Assembly (NCBI RefSeq): GCF_009834535.1 | Contig: NC_045697.1 | Location: 120,778,001 to 120,842,000 of the forward strand | DNA length: 64,000 nucleotides | Direction of reading: 5' to 3' | From: Camelus ferus | Lineage: Eukaryota | In this document: in pieces, positions 38,877 through 52,194 of the stretch | Numbering within the stretch: position 1 is the stretch's first letter | How the letters are laid out: each line of letters starts with the position of its first letter | Made by a program: the position numbers and the translations under genes | The notes under the pieces: model-generated | The model's database searches: none | Told to the model about the DNA's origin: nothing | What the model saw: the letters and a program-made list of their open reading frames with translations, nothing else

Positions 38877-41800
38877 GTGGATGAAAGTACGGTAATCCAC
38901 ATGCTAACACTTCTGTAGTGAATATTTGTGGAATCCGAGATGCATGTATCGTGTTCAAAACATGGAATTTCCCGGTGAGCGAATCTATGTAAATTACAAG
39001 TCCTTTGTTTAGAATTTGCTCCAAGAGCTTTTTGCTGCGAAATCTGCCGCATTTTCAAAACTGGCATTTGGAAAACACTGTGAAATCAGAGAAAATGCTT
39101 CTAAATGTCACTATGCCTTTTATTGTGTTGAAAGTTCGGTAATCCACATGCAAACACATTTGTAGTGAATATTTGTCGAATCCGTTATGCATGTAGCGTG
39201 TTCGAAAGACGTAATTTCACAGCAATGGAATCTATGTAAATTACATGTCTAGTGGGTAGAAATCGCTCCAACAGTTTTTTCCTTAGAAAAATGCCTAATT
39301 TTCAAAACTGCTATTAGGAAATTGCTGCGAACTCAGAGTTAATGTTTCTAGGTGATAATATGTCTTGTGTGGTGGATGAAAGTTTGTAATGCACATGCTC
39401 GTAACACAGTAATGAATGCTTTCTGAATCTGTGATGCATGTAGCATGTTCAGAACATGGAATGTCACAGTGAGGGGAAAAATGTAAATTACATGTCTATT
39501 GGGTAGTACTCGCTCCAAGAGGATTTTTCTGCGAAAACTGCATGATTTTAGAAACTGACGTAAGGAGAAATCTACTAAAGAAGAATAAATGTTTCTATGT
39601 GTAAATACACATTGTATGGTGGGTGAAAGTTCGGTAATACACATGTTCACCACTCAATAAAGAATGTTTGTCGAATCAGTGATGCATGTAGCGTGTTCGG
39701 AACATGAAATGTCACGGTGAGTGAAAGCATTTAAATTACATGTCCACTAGGTAGAACTTGCTCCAAAAGCATTTTTCTGTGAAATCTGCCTCATTTTCCA
39801 AACTGGCATTAGGAAAGAATTCGAATTTTGAGAAAATGCTTCTAAGTGTCAATATGACTTGTATGGTGATGAAAGTTCAGAAATACACATGCTAACAAAT
39901 CTGTAGTGAATATTTTCCGAAACCGTGATGCATGCAGTTTTTTCAGAACACAGAATTTGACGATGAGCGAATCTATGTAAATTACATGACTATTGGGTGG
40001 AACAAGTTCCAAGAGTATATTTCTTTGAAAACTGCCTGATTTCAGAAACTGACGTTAGAAAAAATTTTCAAAAAATGAGAAAATGCTTGTAAGCGCCATT
40101 ATGCCTTGTATGGTGTATAAAACTACGGTAATCCACATGCTAATAACTCTGTATTGAATATTTGTGGAATCCGAGTTACATGTAGCGTGTTCAGAACACG
40201 GAAATTCACGGTGAGCGAATCTATGTAAATTACAATTCTCTTGGCTAGAACACGCCCCAAGAGATATTTGCTGCGAAATCTGCCGCATTTTCAAAACTGG
40301 CGTTTGGAAAACTCTGTGAAAACAGAGAAAATGCTTCTAAGTATCAATATGCCTTTTATTATGCTGAAAGTTCGGTAATCCACATGCAAACACATTTTTA
40401 GTGGGTATATTTCGAATACATTATGAATGTAGCGTGTTCGAAAGACGTAATTTCACAGCAATGGAATGTATGTACATTACATGCCTAGTAGGTAGAAATC
40501 GCTCCAACAGATTTTTCCTTAGAAAAATGCCTAATTTACAAAACTGCTATTAGGAATTTCCTGCGAACTCAGAGTCAATGTTTCTAGGTGCTAATATGTC
40601 TTGTGTGGTGGATGAAAGTTTGTAATGCACATGCTTACACTCAATAAAGAATGTTGTAGAATCTGTGATGCATGTAATGTATTCGGAACACGGAATGTCA
40701 TGGTAACTGAAACTATGTTAATTGTAAGTCTATTGGATAGAACTCACTCCGAGAGGATTTTTCTGTGAAAACTATCTTATTTTTGAAACTGGCATTAAGA
40801 AATATCTGAAAATAGTGAGTACATGCTTCTAGCTGTATATATACATTGTATGGTAGATGAAAGTACATTAATCCACATGCTAACAACTCAGCAGTTAATA
40901 TTTGTAAAACAACGGTGCATGTAGCATGTTCGGAGCACCGTATGTCACGGCGAGGAGTTCTAAGTAAATTACATGTCTATTGTGTAGAACAATCTACAAG
41001 AAAATTATCCTGCAAATTTGCCTGATATTATAAACTGCATTTAGGAAAATGCTACAAAATTATTATAATATTTTCAAGGTGTTTACATGCATTTTACGGT
41101 GAATGAAAGTTCTGTAATTCACAGGCCCACAACTGACTAATGAATGTTTGTCAAAACCGTGATGCATGTAGCGTGTTCAGAAAATGGAAAGTCACTTTGA
41201 GGGAAACTAAATTACAATTCTACTGGGTAGAACTTGCATGAAGAGGTTTTTTCTGCGAAAACTTCATGATTTTTGAAACTGAAGTTAGGAAAAAGCTGTG
41301 AAAGCAGAGTCAATATTTGTAGGTGTAAATATACCTTGTATGGTGGTTGAAAGTTCAGAAATTCACATGATCACAACTCAGGAATGAATGATTTCTAAAT
41401 CCAATATTCATGTAGCTTGTTATGAACACGGAATTTCATGGTAAGTGAAACATTGTTAATTTCATGTCTATTGGATAGAACTGATCGAAAGTTATTTTCC
41501 TGTGAAATCTGTCTGTTTTTTGCAACGGGCATTAGGACAAATCTGCAAACGAGGAGAAACATTTCTAGGTGAAAATATGAAGTGTTTGGTGGATGAAAGT
41601 TTGGTAATCCACATGTTCACAACTCATTAAAAAATGTTTGTCAAACCGTGATGCAAGTATCATATTCAGAACACAGAATATCATGGTGAAAGAAACTTTG
41701 TAAATTACATATTTATTGGGTAGAACTCACTCCAAAAGTATATTTCTGTGAAATCTGCCTCATTTTCAAAACTGGCATAAGGAAAAGAGTTCGAAATCTG

Positions 41801-42083
41801 AGAAAATGTTTCTAAGGCAAATATGACTTTAATGGTGGATGAAAGTACAGTAATCCAGATGCTAAAAAATTCTGTAGTGAATATTTGTCGAAACTGATAT
41901 GCATGCAACTTTCTCGGAACACAGAATTTGACGGTGAGCGAACCTATGTAAATCAAATGTCTATTGTGTAGAACTCTCTGCAAGAGCATTTTTCGGTGAA
42001 AACTGCCTCATTTTCGAAACTGGCGTTAGGAAAAACTTTCAAAAAATGAGAAAATGCTTGTAAGCGCCATCATGCCTTGTATG
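38877..42083 (+). repeat. HOR unit, alternative 13-mer (A B C D E A' B' C' F' G'/H' I' J' K'), 3207 bp
   Basis: A-anchors at 38877 and 42084; fused G'/H' monomer at ~41099-41342 and intact I' at 41343-41588. Confidence 0.85.
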
Positions 42084-45000
42084 GTGGATGAAAGTACGGT
42101 AATCCACATGCTAACACCTCTGTAGTGAATATTTGTGGAATCCGAGATCCATGTAGCGTGTTCAGAACACGGAATTTCCCGGTGAGCGAATCTATGTGAA
42201 TTACAAGGCCTTTGTTTAGAATTCGCTCCAAGAGCTTTTTGCTGCGAAATCTGCTGCATTTTCAAAACTGGCGTTTGGAAAACAGTGTGAAATCAGAGAA
42301 AATGCTTCTAAGTGTCACTATGCCTTTTATTGTGTTGAAAGTTCGGTAATCCACATGCAAACACATTTGTAGTGAATATTTGTCGAATCCGTTATGCATG
42401 TAGCGTGTTCGAAAGATGTAATTTCACAGCAATGGAATCTATGTAAATTACATGTCTAGTGGGTAGAAATCGCTCCAACAGTTTTTTCCTTAGAAAAATG
42501 CCTAATTTTCAAAACTGCTATTAGGAAATTGCTGCGAACTCAGAGTTAATGTTTCTAGGTGATAATATGTCTTGTGTGGTGGATGAAAGTTTGTAATGCA
42601 CATGCTCGTAACACAGTAATGAATGCTTTCTGAATCTGTGATGCATGTAGCATGTTCAGAACATGGAATGTCACAGTGAGGGGAAAAATGTAAATTACAT
42701 GTCTATTGGGTAGTACTCGCTCCAAGAGGATTTTTCTGCGAAAACTGCATGATTTTAGAAACTGACGTAAGGAGAAATCTGCTAAATGAGAATAAATGTT
42801 TCTATGTGTAAATACACATTGTATGGTGGGTGAAAGTTCGGTAATACACATGTTCACCACTCAATAAAGAATGTTTGTCGAATCAGTGATGCATGTAGCG
42901 TGTTCAGAACATGAAATGTCACGGTGAGTGAAAGCATTTAAATTACATGTCCACTTGGTAGAACTTGCTCCAAAAGCATTTTACTGTGAAATCTGCCTCA
43001 TTTTCCAAACTGGCATTAGGAAAAAATTCGAATTTTGAGAAAATGCTTCTAAGTGTCAATATGACTTGTATGGTGATGAAAGTTCAGAAATACACATGCT
43101 AACAAATCTGTAGTGAATATTTTCCGAAACCGTGATGCATGCAGTTTTTTCAGAACACAGAATTTGACGATGAGCGAATCTATGTAAATTACATGACTAT
43201 TGGGTGGAACAAGTTCCAAGAGTATAGTTCTTTGAAAACTGCCTGATTTCAGAAACTGACGTTAGGAAAAATCTGCATATACTTTGTACATGTTTCTAGC
43301 TGTATATATACATTTTATGGTAGATGAAAGTTCAGTAATCTACATGCTAACAACTCAGCAGTGAATATTTGTCGAACCTTCGGTGCAAGTTGCAAGTTTG
43401 AATCAGGGAATGTCACGGCGACGGACTCTATGTAAATTATAAGTCCAATGTGTAGAACATGCTACCAGAGATTTATCCTGCTATAGTTGCCTGATTTTCT
43501 AAACTGCCATTAGGAATAAGCTGCGAACTCAGAATAATGTTTTCTAGGTTTATATATGCCTTATATGGTGGATGAAAATTCTGTAATATACATGCACACA
43601 ACTGAGTAATGAATGTTTGTCAAAACTTTGATGTATTTAGCATTTTCGGACCATGGAAAGTCACTTTGTGGGTAACTATTGAAATTACAATTCTACTGGG
43701 TCGAACTCGCTTGCAGAGATTTCTTCTGCATAAACATCATGATTTTCAAAACAGACGGTAGGAAAAAGTAGTGAAATCAGAGTAAATATTTCTAGGTGTA
43801 TATATGACTTATATGGTGGATGAAAGTTCTGTCAACCACATGCACACAACTGAGTAATTAACGTTTGTCAAATCCGTGATGCATAAAGCATGTTCAGAAA
43901 ACGGAAAGTCACTTTGAGGGAAACTGCTTAAATTACAGTTCCTCTGGATAGAACTCGCTTGAAAAGGTTATTCCTGAGAAAACTTCATGATTTTAAAACC
44001 TGAAGTTAGGAAAAAGCTGTGAAAGCAGAGTAAATATTTCTAGGTGTAATATGCCTTGTATGGTGGATTAAATTTCGGAAATCCACATGCTCTCAAATCA
44101 GTAATGAATGTTTTATAAATCCAGTATGCATATATCGTGTTCTGAACAAGGAATGTCATGGTAAGTGAAACATTGTAAATTTCATGTCTGTTTGATAAAA
44201 CACACTCGAAGGGGATTTTCCTGTGAAATCTGCCTGTATTTTCCAACTGGCATTCGGACAAATCTGCAAACACAGAGAAAAATTTCTAGGGGCAAATATG
44301 CCGTGTTTGTTGGTTGAATGTTCGGTAATCAACACGCTCCCAACTAATTAATAAATGTTTGTCGAATCCGTGATCCATATAACGTGTTCAGAACACAGGC
44401 TATCACGGTAATAGAAACTTTGCAAATTACACATGTATTAGGTAGAACTCGCTCCAAAAGCATTTATCTGCAAAATCTGCCTCATTTTCAAAACTGGCAT
44501 TTGAAAAACACATCGAAATCTGAGAAAATGAATCTAAGTGTCAATATGAATTGTATGGTGGATGAAAGTTCAGTAATCCACATGCTAAAAAATTCTGTAG
44601 TGAATATTTGTCAAAACTGTTATGCATGCAGCTTTCTCAGAACACAGAATTTGACGGTGAGCGAACCTATGTAAATTAAATGTCTATTGTGTAGAACTAT
44701 CTGCAAGAGCATTTTTCGGTGAAAACTGCCTCATTTTCGAAACTGGCGTTAGGAAAAACTTTCAAAAAATGAGAAAATGCTTGTAAGCGCCATTATGCCT
44801 TGTATGGTGTATAAAACTACGGTAATCCACAGGCTAACAACTCTGTATTGAATATTTGTGGAATCCTAGTTGCATGTAGCGTGTTCAGAACACAGAAATT
44901 CAAGGTGAGCGAATCTATGTAAATTAAAATTCTCTTGGCTAGAACTCGCACTAGAGATATTTGCTGAGAAATCTGCCGCATTTTCAAAACTGGCGTTTGG

Positions 45001-46779
45001 AAAACTCTGTGAAAACAGAGAAAATGCTTCTAAGTATCAATATGCCTTTTATTATGCTGAAAGTTCGGTAATCCACTTGCAAACACATTTGAAGTGGGTA
45101 TATTTCGAATACGTTATGAATGTAGCGTGTTCGAAAGACGTAATTTCACAGCAATGGAATCTACGTACATCACATGCCTAGTAGGTAGAAATCGCCCCAA
45201 CAGATTTTTCCTTAGAAAAATGCCTAATTTACAAAACTGCTATTAGGAATTTCCTGCGAACTCAGAGTCAATGTTTCTAGGTGCTAATATGTCTTGTGTG
45301 GTGGATGAAAGTTTGTAATGCACATGTTTACACTCAATAAAGAATGTTGTAGAATCTGTGATGCATGTAATGTATTCGGAACACGGAATGTCATGGTAAC
45401 TGAAACTATGTTAATTGTAAGTCTATTGGATAGAACTCACTCCAAGAGGATTTTTCTGTGAAAACTGTCTTATTTTCGAAACTGGCATTAAGAAATATCT
45501 GCAAATAGTGAGTACATGCTTCTAGCTGTATATATACATTGTATGGTAGATGAAAGTACATTAATCCACATGCTAACAACTCAGCAGTTAATATTTGTCA
45601 AACTACGGTGCATGTAGCATGTTCGGAGCACGGTATGTCACGGCGAGGAGTTCTATGTAAATTACATGTCTATTGTGTAGAACAATCTACAAGAGAATTA
45701 TCCTGCAAAAGTTGCCTGATAGTATAAACTGCAGTTAGGAAAATGCTGCAAAATTATAATAATATTTTCAAGGTGTTTATATGCATTTTACAGTGAATGA
45801 AAGTTCTGTAATTCACAGGCACACAACTGACTAATGAATGTTTGTCAAATCCGTGATGAATGCAGTGTGTTCAGACCACGGAAAGTCACTTTGTGGGAAA
45901 CAATTGAAATTGCAATTCTAATGGGTAGAACTCACATGCAGAGATATTTTCTGGGAAAACTTTATGATTTTCGAGACTGACGTTAGGAAAAATCTGTGAA
46001 GTCAGAGTAAATATTTCTAGGTGTATTTATGCCTTGTATGGTGGATGAAAGTTCTGTAATCCACATGCACACAAATGAGTAATGAATGTTTGTCAAATCC
46101 GTGATGTATGTAGCGTGTTCAGAAAATGGAAAGTCACTTTGAGGGAAACTAAATTACAATTCTACTGGGTAGAACTCGCATGAAGAGGTTTTTTCTGCGA
46201 AAACTTCATGATTTTTGAAATTGAAGTTATGAAAAAGCTGTGAAAGCAGAGTCAATATTTCTAGGTGTAAATATGCCGTGTCTGGTGGATGAAATTTTGG
46301 TAATCCACATGTTCACAACTCATTAAAAAATGTTTGTCAATCCGTGATGCACTTATCATATTCTGAACACAGAATATCATGGTGAAAGCAACTTTGTAAA
46401 TTACATATTTATTGGGTAGAACTCACTCCAAAGGTATATTTCTGTGAAATCTGCCTCATTTTCAAAACTGGCATAAGGAAAAGTGTTCGAAATCTGAGAA
46501 AATATTTCTAAGGCAAATATGACTTTAATGGTGGATGAAAGTACAGTAATCCAGATGCTAAAAAATTCTGTAGTGAATATTTGTCGAAACTGTTATGGAT
46601 GCAACTTTCTCGGAACACAGAATTTGACGGTGAGCGAACCTATGTAAATCAAAAGTCTATTGTGTAGAACTCTCTGCAAGAGCATTTTTCGGTGAAAACT
46701 GCCTCATTTTCGAAACTGGCGTTAGGAAAAACTTTCAAAAAGTGAGAAAATGCTTGTAAGCGCCATCATGCCTTGTATG
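42084..46779 (+). repeat. HOR unit, 19-mer, 4696 bp
   Basis: Anchors at 42084 and 46780; full A-K followed by A' B' C' F' G' H' J' K'. Confidence 0.9.
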
Positions 46780-48754
46780 GTGGATGAAAGTACGGTAATC
46801 CACATGCTAACACCTCTGTAGTGAATATTTGTGGAATCCGAGTTGCATGTAGCATGTTCAGAACACGGAAATTCACGGTGAGCGAATCTATGTAAATTAC
46901 AATTCTCTTGGCTAGAATTCGCACTAGAGATATTTGCTGCGAAATCTGCCGCATTTTCAAAACTGGCGTTTGGAAAACTCTGTGAAAACAGAGAAAATGC
47001 TTCTAAGTATCAATATGCCTTTTATTATGCTGAAAGTTCGGTAATCCTCATGCAAACAAATTTGTAGTGGGTATATTTCGAATACGTTATGAATGTAGCG
47101 TGTTCGAAAGACGTAATTTCACAGCAATGGAATCTATGTACATTACATGCCTTGTAGGTAGAAATCTCTCCAACAGTTTTTTCCTAAGAAAAATGCCTAA
47201 TTTACAAAACTGCTATTAGGAATTTCCTGCGAACTCAGAGTCAATGTTTCTAGGTGCTAATATGTCTTGTGTGGTGGATGAAAGTTTGTAATGCACATGT
47301 TTACACTCAATAAAGAATGTTGTAGAATCTGTGATGCATGTAATGTATTCGGATCACGGAATGTCATGGTAACTGAAACTATGTTAATTGTAAGTCTATT
47401 GGATAGAACTCACTCCAAGAGGATTTTTCTGTGAAAACTGTCTTATTTTCGAAACTGGCATTAAGAAATATCTGCAAATAGTGAGTACATGCTTCTAGCT
47501 GTATATATACATTGTATGGTAGATGAAAGTACATTAATCCACATGCTAACAACTCAGCAGTTAATATTTGTCAAACTACGGTGCATGTAGCATGTTCGGA
47601 GCACGGTATGTCACGGCGAGGAGTTCTATGTAAATTACATGTCTATTGTGTAGAACAATCTACAAGAGAATTATCCTGCAAAAGTTGCCTGATATTATAA
47701 ACTGCAGTTAGGAAAATGCTGCAAAATTATAATAATATTTTCAAGGTGTTTATATGCATTTTACAGTGAATGAAAGTTCTGTAATTCACAGGCACACAAC
47801 TGACTAATGAATGTTTGTCAAATCCGTGATGAATGCAGTGTGTTCAGACCACGGAAAGTCACTTTGTGGGAAACAATTGAAATTGCAATTCTAATGGGTA
47901 GAACTCACATGCAGAGATATTTTCTGGGAAAACATTATGATTTTCGAGACTGACGTTAGGAAAAATCTGTGAAGTCAGAGTAAATATTTCTAGGTGTATT
48001 TATGCCTTGTATGGTGGATGAAAGTTCTGTAATCCACATGCACACAAATGAGTAATGAATGTTTGTCAAATCCGTGATGTATGTAGCGTGTTCAGAAAAT
48101 GGAAAGTCACTTTGAGGGAAACTAAATTACAATTCTACTGGGTAGAACTCGCATGAAGAGGTTTTTTCTGCGAAAACTTCATGATTTTTGAAATTGAAGT
48201 TATGAAAAAGCTTGAAAGCAGAGTCAATATTTCTAGGTGTAAATATGCCGTGTCTGGTGGATGAAATTTTGGTAATCCACATGTTCACAACTCATTAAAA
48301 AATGTTTGTCAATCCGTGATGCACTTATCATATTCTGAACACAGAATATCATGGTGAAAGCAACTTTGTAAATTACATATTTATTGGGTAGAACTCACTC
48401 CAAAAGTATATTTCTGTGAAATCTGCCTCATTTTCAAAACTGGCATAAGGAAAAGTGTTCGAAATCTGAGAAAATATTTCTAAGGCAAATATGACTTTAA
48501 TGGTGGATGAAAGTACAGTAATCCACATGCTAAAAAATTCTGTAGTGAATATTTGTCGAAACTGTTATGGATGCAACTTTCTCGGAACACAGAATTTGAC
48601 GGTGAGCGAACCTATGTAAATCAAAAGTCTATTGTGTAGAACTCTCTGCAAGAGCATTTTTCGGTGAAAACTGCCTCATTTTCGAAACTCTGGCAGTTAG
48701 GAAAAACTTTCAAAAAGTGAGAAAATGCTTGTAAGCGCCATCATGCCTTGTATG
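46780..48754 (+). repeat. HOR unit, 8-mer (A/A' B' C' F' G' H' J' K'), 1975 bp
   Basis: Anchors at 46780 and 48755; 8x247 = 1976. The first monomer starts as A and continues as A'. Confidence 0.85.
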
Positions 48755-51700
48755 GTGGATGAAAGTACGGTAATCCACATGCTAACACCTCTGTAGTGAA
48801 TATTTGTGGAATCCGAGATGCATGTAGGGTGTTCAGAACACGGAATTTCCCGGTGAGCGAATCTATGTAAATTACAAGTCCTTTGTTTTAGAATTCGCTC
48901 CAAGAGCTTTTTGCTGCGAAATCTGCCGCATTTTCAAAACTGGCGTTTGGGAAAACACTGTGAAATCAGAGAAAATGCTTCTAAGTGTCACTATGCCTTT
49001 TATTGTGTTGAAAGTTCGGTAATCCACATGCAAACACATTTGTAGTGAATATTTGTCGAATCCGTTATGCATGTAGCGTGTTCGAAAGACGTAATTTCAC
49101 AGCAATGGAATCTATGTAAATTACATGTCTAGTGGGTAGAAATCGCTCCAACAGTTTTTATTTAGAAAAATGCCTAATTTTCAAAACTGCTATTAGGAAA
49201 TTGCTTGCGAACTCAGAGTTAATGTTTTCTAGGTGATAATATGTCTTGTGTGGTGGATGAAGTTTGGAATGCACATGCTCGTAACACAGTAATGAATGCT
49301 TTCTGAATCATGTGATGCATGTAGCATGTTCAGAACATGGAATGTCACAGTGAGGGGAAAATGTAAATTACATGTCTATTGGGGTAGTACTCGCTTCCAA
49401 GAGGATTTTTCTGCGAAAACTGCATGATTTTAGAAACTGACGTAAGGAGAAATCTACTAAATAAGAATAATGTTTCTATGTGTAAATACACATTGTATGG
49501 TGGGTGAAGTTCGGTAATACACATGTTCACCACTCAATAAAGAATGTTTGTCGAATCAGTGATGCATGTAGCGTGTTCGGAACATGAAATGTCACGGTGA
49601 GTGAAAGCATTTAATTACATGTCCACTTGGTAGAAACTTGCTCCAAAAGCTATTTTTCTGTGAAATCTGCCTCATTTTCCAAACTGGCATTAGGAAAAAA
49701 TTCGAATTTTGAGAAAATGCTTCTAAGGTGGTCAATATGACTTGTATGGGGATGAAGTTCAGAAATACACATGCTAACAAACCTGTAGTGAATATTTTCC
49801 GAACCGTGATGCATGCAGTTTTTTCAGAACACAGAATTTGACGATGAGCAAATCTATGTAAATTACTAATGACTATTGGGGTGGAACAAGTTCCAGAGTA
49901 TATTCTTTGAAAACTGCCTGATTTCAGAAACTGGACGTTAGGAAAAATCTGCATATACTTTGTACATGTTTTCTAGCTGTATATATACATTTTATGGTAG
50001 ATGAAGTTCAGTAATCTACATGCTAACAACTCAGCAGTGAATATTTGTCGAACCTGCGGTGCAAGTAGCAAGTTTGAATCACGGAATGTCACGGCGAGGG
50101 AACTCTATGTAAATTATAAGTCCAATGTGTAGAACATGCTACCAGAGATTTATCCTGCTATAGTTGCCTGATTTTCTAAACTGCCATTAGGAAAAAGCTG
50201 CGAACTCAGAATAATGTTTTCTAGGTTTATATATGCCTTATATGGTGGATGAAAATTCTGTAATCTACATGCACACAACTGAGTAATGAATGTTTGTCAA
50301 AACTGTGATGAATTTAGCATGTTCGGACCATGGAAAGTCACTTTGTGGGTAACTATTGAAATTACAATTCTACTGGGTCGAACTCGCTTGCAGAGATTAC
50401 TTCTGCATAAACATCATGATTTTCAAAACAGACGGTAGGAAAAAGTAGTGAAATCAGAGTAAATATTTCTAGGTGTATATATGACTTATATGGTGGATGA
50501 AAGTTCTGTCAACCACATGCACACAACTGAGTAATTAACGTTTGTCAAATCCGTGATGCATGTAGCATGTTCAGAAAACGGAAAGTCACTTTGAGGGAAA
50601 CTGCTTAAATTACAATTCTTCTGGATAGAACTCGCTTGAAGAGGTTTTTTCCTGAGAAAACTTCATGATTTAAAACCTGAAGTTAGGAAAAAGCTGTGAA
50701 AGCAGAGTAAATATTCTAGGTGTAAATATGCCTTGTATGGTGGATTAAATTTCGGAAATCCACATGCTCTCGAATCAGTAATGAATGTTTTATAAATCCA
50801 GTATGCATATAGCGTGTTCTGAACAAGGAATGTCATGGTAAGTGAAACATTGTAAATTTCATGTCTGTCTGATAAAACACACTCGAAGAGAATTTTCCTG
50901 TGAAATCTGCCTGTTTTTTGCAACTGGCATTCGGACAAATCTGCAAACACAGAGAAAAATTTCTAGGGGCAAATATGCCGTGTTTGTTGGTTGAATGTTC
51001 GGTAATCCACACGCTCCCAACTCATTAATAAATGTTTGTCGAATCCGTGATCCATGTAACGTGTTCGGAACACAGGCTATCACGGTAATAGAAACCTTGC
51101 AAATTACACATGTATTAGGTAGAACTCGCTCCAAAAGCATTTATCTGCAAATCTGCCTCATTTTCAAAACTGGCATTTGAAAAACACATCGAAATCTGAG
51201 AAAATGATTCTAAGGGTCAATATGAATTGTATGGTGGATGAAAGTTCAGTAATCCACATGCTAAAAAATTCTGTAGTGAATATTTGTCAAAACTGTTATG
51301 CATGCAGCTTTCTCAGAACACAGAATTTGACGGTGAGCGAACCTATGTAAATTAAATGTCTATTGTGTAGAATCCTCTGCAAGAGCATTTTTCGGTGAAA
51401 ACTGCCTCATTTTCGAAACTGGCGTTAGGAAAAATTTTCAAAAAATGAGAAAATGCTTGTAAGCGCCATTATGCCTTGTATGGTGTATAAAACTACGGTA
51501 ATCCACATGCTAACAACTCTGTATTGAATATTTGTGGAATCCGAGTTGCATGTAGCATGTTCAGAACACGGAAATTCACGGTGAGCGAATCTATGTAAAT
51601 TACAATTCTCTTGGCTAGAACTCGCACTAGAGATATTTGCTGCGAAATCTGCCGCATTTTCAAAACTGGCGTTTGGAAAACTCTGTGAAAACAGAGAAAA

Positions 51701-52094
51701 TGCTTCTAAGTATCAATATGCCTTTTATTATGCTGAAAGTTCGGTAATCCTCATGCAAACAAATTTGTAGTGGGTATATTTCGAATACGTTATGAATGTA
51801 GCGTGTTCGAAAGACGTAATTTCACAGCAATGGAATCTATGTACATTACATGCCTTGTAGGTAGAAATCTCTCCAACAGTTTTTTCCTTAGAAAAATGCC
51901 TAATTTACAAAACTGCTATTAGGAATTTCCTGCGAACTCAGAGTCAATGTTTCTAGGTGCTAATATGTCTTGTGTGGTGGATGAAAGTTTGTAATGCACA
52001 TGTTTACACTCAATAAAGAATGTTGTAGAATAGAATCTGTGATGCATGTAATGTATTCGGAACACGGAATGTCATGGTAACTGAAACTATGTTA
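48755..52094 (+). repeat. Partial long HOR unit (A-K, A' B' and part of C'), truncated by the gap
   Basis: Same monomer order as the 19-mers; ends within C' at the N run. Confidence 0.85.
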
Positions 52095-52194
52095 NNNNNN
52101 NNNNNNNNNNNNNNNNNNNNNNNNNNNNNNNNNNNNNNNNNNNNNNNNNNNNNNNNNNNNNNNNNNNNNNNNNNNNNNNNNNNNNNNNNNNNNN
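52095..52194. other. Assembly gap (100 N, true size unknown)
   Basis: Exactly 100 Ns, the usual placeholder for a gap of unknown length. Confidence 0.97.

Larger units (their letters stand above)
1..52094 (+). repeat. Satellite array, family 1: ~247-bp monomers arranged in variable higher-order repeats
   Basis: The motif TATGGTGGATGAAAG..TAATCCACATG and its variants recur every ~247 bp (736, 1973, 2221, 2712, 2958, 3453...). About 20 distinguishable monomer types recur in fixed order. ORF-track spacings match multiples of 247 (678->3395 = 2717 = 11x247). Confidence 0.98.
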
